A stretch of DNA of 64,000 nucleotides from positions 1,696,001 to 1,760,000 of the forward strand of contig OZ242220.1 of NCBI GenBank assembly GCA_965206745.1, written 5' to 3'. The translations under genes were made by a program, and so were the position numbers. Under the pieces are notes generated by a model. The model worked only from the letters and a program-made list of their open reading frames with translations, had not been told where the DNA came from and ran no database searches. This stretch comes from Nitrosopumilus sp. (GTDB lineage: Archaea; Thermoproteota; Nitrososphaeria; Nitrososphaerales; Nitrosopumilaceae). Below, in pieces: positions 17,958 through 27,504 of this stretch. Position 1 is the stretch's first letter, and each line of letters starts with the position of its first letter.

Positions 17958-20543
17958 TCACAACTTGTATACTGTCACACCGCCGTTCTTGTTCCTTCTC
18001 ACGCCGAGACTGCGACGTTTAAGCTCCTCACAGATTTCATCGTACCCCTCAAAGTTCTCATCCTCTAACAATATCTTTAATGCCACGACATTAGAGTTTG
18101 CGTACTTGCCTGCAATGGTATCATCAGGTTTTGTATCATCAGGTTTTGTATCATCAGGTTTTGTATCATCAGGTTTTGTATCATCAGGTTTTGTATCATC
18201 AGGTTTTGTATCATCAGGTTTTGTATCATCAGGTTTTGTATCATCAGGTTTTGTATCATCAGGCTTTACATCAGATGTCTTTGCATAAGCAGACTTTGCA
18301 ACCACATCAAAAGGCCTCCCCTCCAAGGTCCCGTCCTCCCTCACAATGGATCCCAGGCATGCCAGCACCTGGGAGGCAGTAAGGCTTGGCCGGTCTACAA
18401 TCCCCTGCAGCGATGCATGCCCCACATCAGTATTCAAACCATCGATACTGCCAGAAGACTCTGACACATTGCAGAACCGCTTATCGTTTTGGATATCTAT
18501 GCTCTTTGGATCAACTACTATCAAGTCGTATGACTCGGCAGCAATGTTCTTCTCTGCCAGTGCATCAATGATGTACTGCTTGTGCTTTTGTGAGAACACC
18601 ACAAACCACACCCTCATGTCCCGCGAGGCGCTCTTTTCATAGTTGATTATTATCTGCCCCCGGTGCTTCATCGGATCGGTCTCCACCTCGACTGCAGTAA
18701 CATTCTCAGACCACAGTACGGGATTGACCATCTGCTGTTTTGTGACACCCTTGTCATCAAGGGGCTGGAACTCGTATACAAGCAGGTCTGCCCTCGGCCC
18801 GTAGGTGTCAGCCAGGTCGGGGATGCAGTAGTGGAACTGTGCAGTGTTCCTGTCTGCAATGGCAGAGATGACCCCAGTGTGCAATTCACTGCCTGCACTG
18901 GCACCGGCATACGCACGAGAGTAGATGAGGTTTATTGCCTTCTTTGTGATTGCAAATGACGCACTGGTGTCATACTGGTGCCAGCCCTCGCGATAGTCGA
19001 TGCTCCTCACCACAAACTTGTAGTGTGACAGCAGAGAATTGATCAGCGCCCGGACCACCTCCCTCTCATCTACTCCAAACTTTGCAATTCCTGCAGCTAC
19101 AAGTTCGCCGTGGTTGATCTCCCGCTTTTCCAGATATAACATGTTTAGCAAAAAGTACTCAAGCGGAGAAAGTTTTGGCATCATTGAGGACTTTACTGAC
19201 GAGAAAGAGTCGGCATGGACTGCCTTGCCGTACCTCTGCAGGCTCTTTCTTGCAACCTCCTCCCACCTCGAGGGCGTCTTGATGTACCGCGTCATGCCGA
19301 TTCCAGATATTCTCTCAACTCCCTGCGAGAAGGCGGCAAACCTGTGAAACCCGAGGTGCGCAAGCTGTCTCTCATCAAGCGGCAGGTTCCGTGCAAGCAG
19401 CCGCGCAGTGTCAAAGTCGCACCGGAACATCACCATGCAGCGAAATAAATCGTCAAGCTCCCTTGCAAGATCATCATCAAGTACTTTAACTGACTGGGTG
19501 GCAACTGTCACCTTCATGTTGTACTTTCTGACGCTGTTTAGCAGCTCACGGATGACGGGTGCTGAGAACATGTGTACCTCGTCGATGTATATGTTAAATG
19601 GGGTCCTCTCAGAGTCGCCAAGGTCAAAGCGGATCTTGTTCTCCAGGTTGAACATGTTGATAAGCAGCGTGCCGACAAACTCTATAATGTCAGTGGTTGC
19701 AGCAGAGCCGAGGTCAACTATTACAATCTTTCCCCCCTCGATTGCATCCCTAATTGATACTGTAGATTCGGCAGAGGAGAAGAGGGCAGCAATTGGGGGC
19801 GTGTTGATTATCTTGTCAAACTTGTTGTATATTGCGCCTGCAGCTTCTGGTGCAAACCTTGGAAACACGTTTGTCCAGAAGTTCCTCACAGTCGGAAGCG
19901 GGCACTTTTGCAGCGCGCGGTTCCTTGCGTTGACATCAAAGAGGACGGAGATTATATCGAGGAACCTAAAGGTCTCAGGGGTCGACATTACCAGGTTTAT
20001 CATGTTGCGCAGGATTGTCTCCAGCCTGTGGCCCCAGCCGTCTGTAAAGTACTGCTTGAGGTTGTCGATGCATCCTGCAGTCCTGATGTACTTTTCGTGC
20101 TCAGTCCTAGTCTGCAGTGGGTTGATGCAGACAGTCCTCTCAAACTGGTATATCGATGCAAGCGATATGTAGACTACCTTATCCTGCATGTCCTCTGGGA
20201 TCATCGAGAGGACCTCCCTGCTAAAGTCCCTGTGGGGATCAATTAGCAGAAATCCCGTCTTGCGGATTATATCCTGCATTATGAGCATCCGCATCACAGA
20301 GGTCTTGCCTGAACCAATCTCGCCAAATATTCCAATGTTCTGGCGGTCATCCTCTGGAATCACAAATGTCTGGCTGCCTGTCTCCTCGATATACCCAAGG
20401 GCTGTCATCTGCCTGCCTGCGTGCTTTGGAGTGTCAGATAGAAAAGATTCAGAGTCCTGCGGTCTATGATATCTGGCAAGCAGCACATAACACACTGCTG
20501 CCAGGCAGACTCCAATGTACAGCAGTACATCCCACGGACTCAA
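17958..20543 (-). CDS. VirD4/TraD/TrwB-like P-loop ATPase with C-terminal PD-(D/E)xK-like domain
   Basis: N-terminal TM; Walker A GEIGSGKT; LLIDPH; INPL; Walker B IYIDEVH; RKY...ATQS. C-terminus has H...RADLLV...AVEVET. Confidence 0.85.
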   Translation of the reverse strand: MSPWDVLLYIGVCLAAVCYVLLARYHRPQDSESFLSDTPKHAGRQMTALGYIEETGSQTFVIPEDDRQNIGIFGEIGSGKTSVMRMLIMQDIIRKTGFLLIDPHRDFSREVLSMIPEDMQDKVVYISLASIYQFERTVCINPLQTRTEHEKYIRTAGCIDNLKQYFTDGWGHRLETILRNMINLVMSTPETFRFLDIISVLFDVNARNRALQKCPLPTVRNFWTNVFPRFAPEAAGAIYNKFDKIINTPPIAALFSSAESTVSIRDAIEGGKIVIVDLGSAATTDIIEFVGTLLINMFNLENKIRFDLGDSERTPFNIYIDEVHMFSAPVIRELLNSVRKYNMKVTVATQSVKVLDDDLARELDDLFRCMVMFRCDFDTARLLARNLPLDERQLAHLGFHRFAAFSQGVERISGIGMTRYIKTPSRWEEVARKSLQRYGKAVHADSFSSVKSSMMPKLSPLEYFLLNMLYLEKREINHGELVAAGIAKFGVDEREVVRALINSLLSHYKFVVRSIDYREGWHQYDTSASFAITKKAINLIYSRAYAGASAGSELHTGVISAIADRNTAQFHYCIPDLADTYGPRADLLVYEFQPLDDKGVTKQQMVNPVLWSENVTAVEVETDPMKHRGQIIINYEKSASRDMRVWFVVFSQKHKQYIIDALAEKNIAAESYDLIVVDPKSIDIQNDKRFCNVSESSGSIDGLNTDVGHASLQGIVDRPSLTASQVLACLGSIVREDGTLEGRPFDVVAKSAYAKTSDVKPDDTKPDDTKPDDTKPDDTKPDDTKPDDTKPDDTKPDDTKPDDTKPDDTIAGKYANSNVVALKILLEDENFEGYDEICEELKRRSLGVRRNKNGGVTVYKL
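18118..18267. repeat. Coding 15-bp VNTR x10 (DDTKP)
   Basis: Tandem GTATCATCAGGTTTT. Confidence 0.95.
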
Positions 20544-20983
20544 AACGTCGACTCTATCTCCACGATATCTGCATCATGCTTTTTTAATATCTCAAAGGCA
20601 GAGTCGGTAATCCGGATGTACCGGCACGAGCATTTTTCTGCAAGGTTGAGCTTTTTCAGGCTTGTCATGCACATTGACATGTAGTTGCTTGACTTTTTTG
20701 TAAACAGAAACAGAAAGAGGTCCTGTGATGCAGGCATGTGGTTGCTTGCAGACTGCATGCACTTGTGGCAGTACAATATTGCAAGTATCTTAAATGACAG
20801 AATGGGGATGCCAAGCATATCAGAGTAGATGAGCATCTTTCCCTTTACGGTAAGCGAGCAGTCAGCACGTATGAATCCCAGCCGCTTTAGCTGCTTCTTC
20901 TGCTGGTAGTGGCATGCCTCCCCCCGATGTAGCATTTGCAGTGCCATAAAGTTCATCGAATTGTCCCGGGAGCGGTTAGCCAT
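20540..20983 (-). CDS. Hypothetical protein, wHTH-like
   Basis: Likely start MANRSRD overlaps the upstream stop. LKRLGFI...LTVKG and LKKLNLAE...IRITDSA resemble winged-helix wings. Confidence 0.55.
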   Translation of the reverse strand: MANRSRDNSMNFMALQMLHRGEACHYQQKKQLKRLGFIRADCSLTVKGKMLIYSDMLGIPILSFKILAILYCHKCMQSASNHMPASQDLFLFLFTKKSSNYMSMCMTSLKKLNLAEKCSCRYIRITDSAFEILKKHDADIVEIESTF

Positions 20984-21794
20984 CTGCACCACCAAACATC
21001 TCTGAGAAAAAGCCGGCAGGGTCCTCCATGGTGCCGCGTACATTTGAGAATGTCTTTTCAGCTCCGGACTCCATGGCGAGGCCAAACATGGAATGCGGCA
21101 GCGAGAGTATTGATGCCAGTTCCACTATGGAGAGTACCGGTGTCCTGGTGCTGCCAAGCCAGGGCAGTCTGGGAAGGCAGTCAAGTGCAAGCTTTCTCCC
21201 GTACTTTGGAACCAGCCCGTTGGGCTCTGAGAGTCTGTTTGTAAAGTTTATGCTGGAGAGAAGCGACGGGGCATCCTCCTTGTTGCAGGCAAAGAAGACA
21301 TTAGATACGAAAAAAGAGTTCTGCTCTAGCTTCCACTCTACTGGCTTGCTCATATCTGCCTGCGGGGCAGTCTTGTTGTAGATCCTCTCAAGGAACGACT
21401 TTGCCCTCTTTCGTATGATCCTCGGATCAATCCTCCTTCCAATTATACCAAACGTAAAGTCAGAGAGCAGCGATGACTGCTCGTATATCTTGCAGGTCTG
21501 CGGCGTGACGCACAGCGGGTGTATGTGGTCGTTTCGCAGTCTCATGGGGATGACGCGCGACGGCATGCCCATATCATCACATACAGCAGAGGTAACATCA
21601 GGCAGCCCGGTGATGTGGTGTGATTCTGACTCTGCAGCACCTAGGTAGAGTGACAGCGCAGAGTCCCTCTTTGAGAGGATGATTCCGACTGAATCCAGCG
21701 AGGAGAGCAGCGAGATGAATTTTTCGGACTCTTCATCCTCAAAGTCGGGCCTCGGTCTTGACTCGTGCCAGATCATCTCAACACCTGATAACAC
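20976..21794 (-). CDS. Hypothetical protein resembling the N-terminal region often fused to TraD-like ATPases
   Basis: VLSIVELASILSLPH motif near the C-terminus; operonic with the ATPase. Confidence 0.55.
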   Translation of the reverse strand: MLSGVEMIWHESRPRPDFEDEESEKFISLLSSLDSVGIILSKRDSALSLYLGAAESESHHITGLPDVTSAVCDDMGMPSRVIPMRLRNDHIHPLCVTPQTCKIYEQSSLLSDFTFGIIGRRIDPRIIRKRAKSFLERIYNKTAPQADMSKPVEWKLEQNSFFVSNVFFACNKEDAPSLLSSINFTNRLSEPNGLVPKYGRKLALDCLPRLPWLGSTRTPVLSIVELASILSLPHSMFGLAMESGAEKTFSNVRGTMEDPAGFFSEMFGGADG

Positions 21795-22439
21795 TCAGAG
21801 TATCACGTGCTGATAGAACAGCAGCATGACGGTGATTAATGACGCATACACGTAGGTGAGAATCGGAATCGAGGGAATCACATACTTGCACTGGCGGGAA
21901 TGGTCCATCCTCTTTCCCCTCATGCCCGAGTTAATATCAAAGACAAGCGTGTTCTCATCTGCCAGTACGGCAGGATACGCAAACCTGTCAAGTATCCCCC
22001 TTTTCTTGCACGATATCATTGCAAGTACCTTCATCATTCCAGATGAGTTGACATCGGGGAACGGATCACGCCGCAGATTTGTAGCAAGGCAGACAGTCAG
22101 GTGGTTGAGTACGGATACTGCAAATCCCAAGAGTACAGATAGCACTGCAAGGTGGATTCCAAACGGAAGCAGAAATGCAAAGCACGCAGAGGTGCACAGC
22201 CAGTCAGATATCTTGAAGAGTCCGCCTGCCCTTGCAACCCCGAGCATTGCAGTTACGGTACATGCAAATCCGAGCATGCCAAGTTCATCAGATGTATAGA
22301 GATGAATTACAGACAATACCCCAAGCAGTAACACAAGATAGTTTTGGATTTTACGGTATCGCAGTTCCTGGTATGACACCATACCAAAGACGGCAAGAAA
22401 CGGTACCAGTAAAATTACAGAGGATAGTATTTCAGGCAA
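21795..22439 (-). CDS. A24-family prepilin peptidase-like protein (atypical catalytic motifs)
   Basis: Multi-TM. SYQELRYRKIQN corresponds to the D-l-k-r-I-n motif with D changed to E; LFKISD sits at the GxGD position; C-terminal IPSIPILTY. Confidence 0.65.
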   Translation of the reverse strand: MPEILSSVILLVPFLAVFGMVSYQELRYRKIQNYLVLLLGVLSVIHLYTSDELGMLGFACTVTAMLGVARAGGLFKISDWLCTSACFAFLLPFGIHLAVLSVLLGFAVSVLNHLTVCLATNLRRDPFPDVNSSGMMKVLAMISCKKRGILDRFAYPAVLADENTLVFDINSGMRGKRMDHSRQCKYVIPSIPILTYVYASLITVMLLFYQHVIL

Positions 22440-22444
22440 CAGTA

Positions 22445-23422
22445 CTATTGTACGGGTTTCTTGTCGAGTCGCACCAGAAGGAAGGGACCGTCAATTTTCA
22501 GATCCTCCAACTCTGCAACGTCCTCGTGCTTTGAGAAATGCAGCGCATCATCCCTGGTCAGTGCCCCGAGGAACTTGGCATACTTTGGCGGAACAGAATG
22601 TGCCGCATTTCCGAACCTGTCCCTTACGACAAGGCATCCGTCCTCCTCCTCGAATCGGCATATCTGGTCATTAATCACCCCGTATGACGTGCCGCACTTG
22701 ATGCAATCAAAGCTCGGCGTCCCCTTTGAGACTGACCCGCGCGTCTTGGGCTTGGGCTTTTTGACCCCCAGTAATAGCTTGAAGAGGTGCATGTCAGGCC
22801 AGGTGAAATATTTCTGCTTTAGTTCCTCGCACAGATAGCGCGTCTTCACTATTGCCTGCCTCTGGACATCCCCGTCAAGCTTTGATAGGGAGGTAAAAAA
22901 CGACAGCGGAGGCCCTATCCTTATGCCCATCTCAAAGATGGAATCAATTAGCTCTGCAAGAAGCAGTTCAGTCGCCGAGTCAAACTCTGTCTCCAGCACG
23001 CGCTCAAGGTAGGGATTCATCCTCAGTTCCTGCGCTTTAGGCGAGATGTGACGCAGCGCCATCTTTGCGCGCATGGGGTTGGCCATCGGCTTGGATATTG
23101 AGAGCTGCAGGTGCGTCAGGACGGGGTCCTTTCTGCCCAGGTGAACTGCGTTGATTCTTGGAATCTTTGCAATCCTTGCGGCATCCAGTACCTCGATGTT
23201 GTCCACCGCTACAAAGCCCCCCTCGCCGCTTACTACCGTAACATGGTACTGGGTGAAGGTCTTTGCCATCTTTGATGCAATGTGGTCAATCTCATATCGG
23301 GGAGTGACAGAGACCATCACCTTTGGCCTGCTTACAAGCAGGGTGTCAACCTTTAGCAGCTTCAACTGGCATCGACTCCGATGTACTCTATGATGTCGAC
23401 TGCAGTCTTTACAGAATCGCAC
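22445..23422 (-). CDS. Hypothetical protein with Zn-binding motifs
   Basis: CKDC..H..H..C at the N-terminus and CIKCG internally; operonic. Confidence 0.6.
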   Translation of the reverse strand: MRFCKDCSRHHRVHRSRCQLKLLKVDTLLVSRPKVMVSVTPRYEIDHIASKMAKTFTQYHVTVVSGEGGFVAVDNIEVLDAARIAKIPRINAVHLGRKDPVLTHLQLSISKPMANPMRAKMALRHISPKAQELRMNPYLERVLETEFDSATELLLAELIDSIFEMGIRIGPPLSFFTSLSKLDGDVQRQAIVKTRYLCEELKQKYFTWPDMHLFKLLLGVKKPKPKTRGSVSKGTPSFDCIKCGTSYGVINDQICRFEEEDGCLVVRDRFGNAAHSVPPKYAKFLGALTRDDALHFSKHEDVAELEDLKIDGPFLLVRLDKKPVQ

Positions 23423-24021
23423 TTGGATGAGAGTCTAAGTGCTGCCCTTCTCCAGGCCTCCGAGTTGATCCTCTTGAGGTTCGAATCATCTGTGGGTTTT
23501 GTACTTGCAAGGTGTATCTTTTTTGCAGAGTCAAGCAGCACTGACTCTGCGACAAATATTGCATTCTTTGGCTTGATTGGTCGTTTCAGTGAGAAGGACT
23601 TTTGGATTGCAAGTATGATGGTGTCGTTGTCAGTACTGATGTCATTCTCCCTGCATGTCTGCCATACGCTAAAGAATGCAACGATTGCAATCGGGGTCTT
23701 TTTTGTACTGCGTATGGCATGGAACAGGTAGATTGCGCGCCTTGTAAGGTTGCGGTTAATCGAGAGTGCGGCGCAGCAGTCAAAGAGCTTCTTCTCGTAC
23801 GGGTTCCTCCTTGACTCAAGTATGTTCCTGTACCTTCTCGAACGCAGTATGGATCGCGGGGATATGTCTGCGCTGCCTACCCTTGACTCGTCGCACGGTA
23901 TCACCTTGCTCTTTGTGGGGACGGGATCAGGCTCTATGATCTGATCGTGTATCACGCCGCATCCGGAGCAGACGAGATCAATGCCGGCATGAACCAGTCT
24001 CTTGTTTGAACAGCAGTCCAT
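23362..24021 (-). CDS. Truncated TFIIB/TFB-like protein (Zn ribbon plus a single cyclin repeat)
   Basis: MDCC...DLVCSGCGVIHD Zn ribbon; CAALSINRNLTRRAIYLF...IVAFFSVWQTCRE matches the first cyclin repeat; no second repeat. Confidence 0.75.
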   Translation of the reverse strand: MDCCSNKRLVHAGIDLVCSGCGVIHDQIIEPDPVPTKSKVIPCDESRVGSADISPRSILRSRRYRNILESRRNPYEKKLFDCCAALSINRNLTRRAIYLFHAIRSTKKTPIAIVAFFSVWQTCRENDISTDNDTIILAIQKSFSLKRPIKPKNAIFVAESVLLDSAKKIHLASTKPTDDSNLKRINSEAWRRAALRLSSKCDSVKTAVDIIEYIGVDAS

Positions 24022-24025
24022 GTCT

Positions 24026-24565
24026 TTACCGTAGTTGGGATCCCCTGATGTCAGCAGAGTCGTTTGCAGGTATTGACATACGGCAAACAATGCTTGCAGG
24101 TCTAGAAGGGAGGGCATTGCTTTGAGCCATCACGCAGATGTACCCAAGGCCATGCGTGCCTGCTGCAGCATTAATGATTCCACCACATGTGTTACTTGCC
24201 CGCAGGTACGCACAAAGTCCTGCCAGTGTACAGATAACGGTACCAAGGATGCAGTGCTGGATGGCCAGGCTCTCTGTGCCAACAGTACTTTGACGACACT
24301 GCATGAGACAATTAGCAAGATGTGTAAAATTCAGGACAGTCTTGTACAAGTCATATTTTGTGCTTGGGACATACGCGCTTGCAGATAAATCGGATTCTGT
24401 CTTGCAGTCTAGGAGGGATCGGCATGCTGCAAGGTATACGGCAGTCTCTGCCCTGGAACAGTCTTTCCTTGTCAAAAGAAAAGGAGGTGTGGATTTTGCA
24501 GACTCCTCTGATGTACCTGTACATCGACGTGTGAGATTTGGATTCCACATAAAGTTAGCTTGCAT
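24026..24565 (-). CDS. Hypothetical Cys-rich protein
   Basis: The frame fills the gap between the RHH gene (11-nt overlap) and the TFB start (4-nt gap); no recognisable motif. Confidence 0.35.
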   Translation of the reverse strand: MQANFMWNPNLTRRCTGTSEESAKSTPPFLLTRKDCSRAETAVYLAACRSLLDCKTESDLSASAYVPSTKYDLYKTVLNFTHLANCLMQCRQSTVGTESLAIQHCILGTVICTLAGLCAYLRASNTCGGIINAAAGTHGLGYICVMAQSNALPSRPASIVCRMSIPANDSADIRGSQLR

Positions 24566-24725
24566 TGATTGCTGCCTCCCTTTGTAGATTCCTGTTGGCG
24601 TACTCACGATCAATTAGTCGATGCAGGTATCTTGTGGCAGACCTGTCGTCAAAATCAGCTAGTTCGTGCAGTTTCTGCAGGTGTTCTTTGTCCAGTGATG
24701 CGGTTGTCAATTCTTGAACATCCAT
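24555..24725 (-). CDS. Ribbon-helix-helix (CopG-like) regulator, 56 aa (below ORF-track cutoff)
   Basis: MDVQELTTASLDKEHLQKLHELADFDDRSATRYLHRLIDREYANRNLQREAAINAS*; TATA-like AATAATATAA about 25 nt upstream. Confidence 0.7.
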   Translation of the reverse strand: MDVQELTTASLDKEHLQKLHELADFDDRSATRYLHRLIDREYANRNLQREAAINAS

Positions 24726-25251
24726 GCACTAGTATACGGCGTTCAGAGTTATATTATTTCTCAAGTATATTTCTAAACCAAAAGTCAAAAGAAGCTAATA
24801 CATGAATAACTCATGAGGATTCATGGATCCCGTGAAAAACATCATTCACAGTTGATATCAGGGGAGATGCACATGCAAGTATCGCAGGATTCAAGCAAGA
24901 AGACACTGGTACAAGTTTGTAATGTCATGTATAGGTAGACTAGAGATATAGATTCTCTAAAAAGAATTGCACTGAAGCTGAGGATGACGATGTTTTGTGA
25001 TGATACATTTGCAGGGAACAGGATTCATCAAAGTTACAATACGGAGGCTTTGGTGTCATTGATGGAAAAACAACTGCAAGCATGTGTCCGGTGCTGCTCT
25101 TCTAGTTTACAAAATTAAAAAACAATGCAGAGAGGATTTGATCCGGGAATCAACGACGGTCTTGCAGATGCAGAAAACTTCAAGAGCGCATCACTTGACT
25201 CAACGATACAGTAGGATCCGAATTCAAGTATGGATGGTTTTGTATTTTAGT

Positions 25252-25330
25252 GGTTTGCTGCATGACATGCCTAGACCACAGAGAGATCAAACGAGTTATC
25301 ATGCCGAAAATTTGAATCATGCAACAAAGC
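25252..25330. mobile_element. About 79-bp MITE with IS903-like ends
   Basis: GGTTTGCTGCATGAC ... AATCATGCAACAAAGC resembles the TIRs of the 61571-62604 IS. Confidence 0.55.
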
Positions 25331-25511
25331 ATTTTTTGAATTTTTCCGCTCAGGATTCTCAAGATCTAGGCACAAAGATGGCGATTTTAAATGATTCTTG
25401 ATAATGTGGAATTAGCATAAAGGTTACAAGAAAGATATACAAAAGATAATTAGCAAGTCAGGATTAAAGATAGTTAAAAGAGAATGAAATAGAATTGGTA
25501 GAAGAACAATA

Positions 25512-25754
25512 ATGGAAAAACTGCAATACCTCAAGATTGAAATGAAGTCCATGAAATACAGGCCACGAACAAAAGACGATGTCTGTGCATAACTCAATAA
25601 TTGGGGAGATGGCAGGGCATCAGAACTGTTTGATTATGCAGTGGAGAATGGATACTTGGAGAAAGACTATGAGCACAAGGTGTTTGGAATATTTTGGAAG
25701 GCTACTGACAAACTTAAAGGTGCAGAATTTGAAGATTCTCCGACAAATCTGTAA
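25512..25754 (+). pseudogene. Small gene interrupted by an in-frame TAA
   Basis: MEKLQYLKIEMKSMKYRPRTKDDVCA*LNNWGDGRASELFDYAVENGYLEKD...SPTNL*. Confidence 0.4.
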
Positions 25755-25893
25755 ATCACACAGTCAATCAACTAACTCAATCTAATCATAAATTAATTTC
25801 ATGTTCGTTTGCATGTAAATGATCCTTGCAGACAGAAAAACATTTCCAAAAATCCCTCATTTTGTTTCTTTAAATCAATCTACAGCAGAATCC

Positions 25894-26009
25894 ACAGAAC
25901 AGGTCATACTGTTACATCTTGTACAGGTTTTGCAGAACAGATTGTACTGTTATGTCTTGGATATGTTTTGCAGAACAGATTGTACTGTTATGTCTTGGAT
26001 ATGTTTTGC
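25894..26009. repeat. Non-coding 38-bp tandem repeat (2 exact copies plus 1 degenerate)
   Basis: GTTTTGCAGAACAGATTGTACTGTTATGTCTTGGATAT at 25927 and 25965. Confidence 0.85.
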
Positions 26010-26109
26010 TACAAACATTAAACAGGTTTGGCCAAAGTTTTGAATCCAGTTTCAAAGTGTCAGATGTCACTCTAGCTTGTGCATGAATGTCTGTCAAGGA
26101 AAAAACATC

Positions 26110-27105
26110 TTACTCTGCCAAAGTTTGTTCACGCAGTTGGCCTATTGGTTTTGACTTCCAGAGTATCGGTGACTCTGCAACACCATCATCTCTGAGAATG
26201 TAACTGTATGGAACGCCCCCATGTACTGAGAGGGTGCCATCGTCTTGTGCAGACAGGTAGACAAACACGTCATCGCCGACCTTCCAGTCAAATCCCTTGT
26301 ACTCTGATATGACGCTGTCAGATTCATCATCGCGCGTAAATGTTAGCGTCTCTGCAGGCGTACCCTTGTAGATCCTGCCTACATCAAGCGTCCAGTCTGT
26401 GGCAGCAGAGGCAAAATCAGGGTATTTTGGATCCCTGACGGCTTTGCCGGGCACTGCCCTTACCAGCTCACCTTCCACGATGTATGCTGCACTGGCAGCT
26501 ATCTCATCTTCTGACACAGATGATATTCGCAGGGAACCGGCGTGTATCTTCTCGTCATACACCTTGTCATTTGCCGATGATCGTAATTGTCCTACTAGTT
26601 TTGAGTTCCAGGGCACATATGACTCGGCAATACCGTAATCCCTGAGGACGTAGCTGTATGGAACTCCTGCATATACTGAGTGGGTGCCATCGTCCTCTGT
26701 GGACAAGTAGACAAACACGTTGTCTCCTATTTCCCAATCAAGTCCCTCGTACTCCGTTACTGCTCTGTCAGTCTCACCGCCACTGCGCATAAACGTTAGC
26801 GTCTCTGCAGGTGCGCCCTTGTAGATATGATCCACATCAAGTGTCCAATCTGTAACAGCAGAGACAAACTCAGGATAGTTGGGACGATCAACGATTTCTC
26901 TAGATACTGCTTTTATCAGCTCACCTTCCACGATGTATGCTGCAGTGGCAGCTATGTTCTCCTCAGAACCACCGGCATATATTGATGAAGTAGTGGTATA
27001 GATTCTGTCATCATGCACCTCGTCATTGGCATATGATGATATCAACAGTGCAGACGGAATGATTGCAGCTAGTGCCACCAACGGAATAATTATCTCCCTA
27101 TTCAT
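26110..27105 (-). CDS. Secreted or anchored protein with two tandem copies of an about 150-aa beta-rich domain
   Basis: IAATAAYIVEGELIKAV...TDWTLDV..IYKG.PAETLTF...VFVYLS occurs twice; related to 34043..34657. Confidence 0.8.
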   Translation of the reverse strand: MNREIIIPLVALAAIIPSALLISSYANDEVHDDRIYTTTSSIYAGGSEENIAATAAYIVEGELIKAVSREIVDRPNYPEFVSAVTDWTLDVDHIYKGAPAETLTFMRSGGETDRAVTEYEGLDWEIGDNVFVYLSTEDDGTHSVYAGVPYSYVLRDYGIAESYVPWNSKLVGQLRSSANDKVYDEKIHAGSLRISSVSEDEIAASAAYIVEGELVRAVPGKAVRDPKYPDFASAATDWTLDVGRIYKGTPAETLTFTRDDESDSVISEYKGFDWKVGDDVFVYLSAQDDGTLSVHGGVPYSYILRDDGVAESPILWKSKPIGQLREQTLAE

Positions 27106-27504
27106 GACAGATGCCCTGCCTCCATGTCATGTGGTGTTCGCACTTGTTCTCCAAAGTCCGTGCCGTCAGCCATGACAGGATTGCACCATTCATTACTGAC
27201 ACCTTGTGTATGGTTTGATGGTTGCAATACTGGCTGCATCTCAAAACATGTTATTTGCGATCTGGGATCTGCAGAGTCTGCAAGACAGAAACCAGGATCA
27301 CGCGTAATGGCTGATCCTGCAACACCACTGCATGCCTCAGATATTTCTCGAACTGCATCACATGGCGTGGCATTATACATAGAATTACTCAAATTAGCAC
27401 GCCTGAATGCACCGGCATTCAAAGTTTCAAAGTCCCCATGCAAAAGATCGGCTACTTTGAGCATCATGGTTAAAGGGATGGATGCAGAGGGCATCCTTGA
27501 GTCA

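Larger units (their letters stand above)
17958..24725 (-). mobile_element. Putative integrated conjugative or DNA-transfer module (no integrase in window)
   Basis: Eight co-oriented, abutting or overlapping genes including a coupling-protein-like ATPase, prepilin peptidase, TFB-like and RHH proteins; visibly GC-richer than its flanks. Confidence 0.6.

Noticed and set aside
17105-18382. Repetitive alternative-frame ORFs (GVWLGVVGDE, YHQVL, MIQNL repeats)
   Set aside because: By-products of stop-free VNTRs in the real genes.
19039-23731. Long plus-strand ORFs antisense to the transfer operon
   Set aside because: Typical antisense shadows in GC-richer coding DNA; the minus-strand genes carry the motifs and operon coupling.
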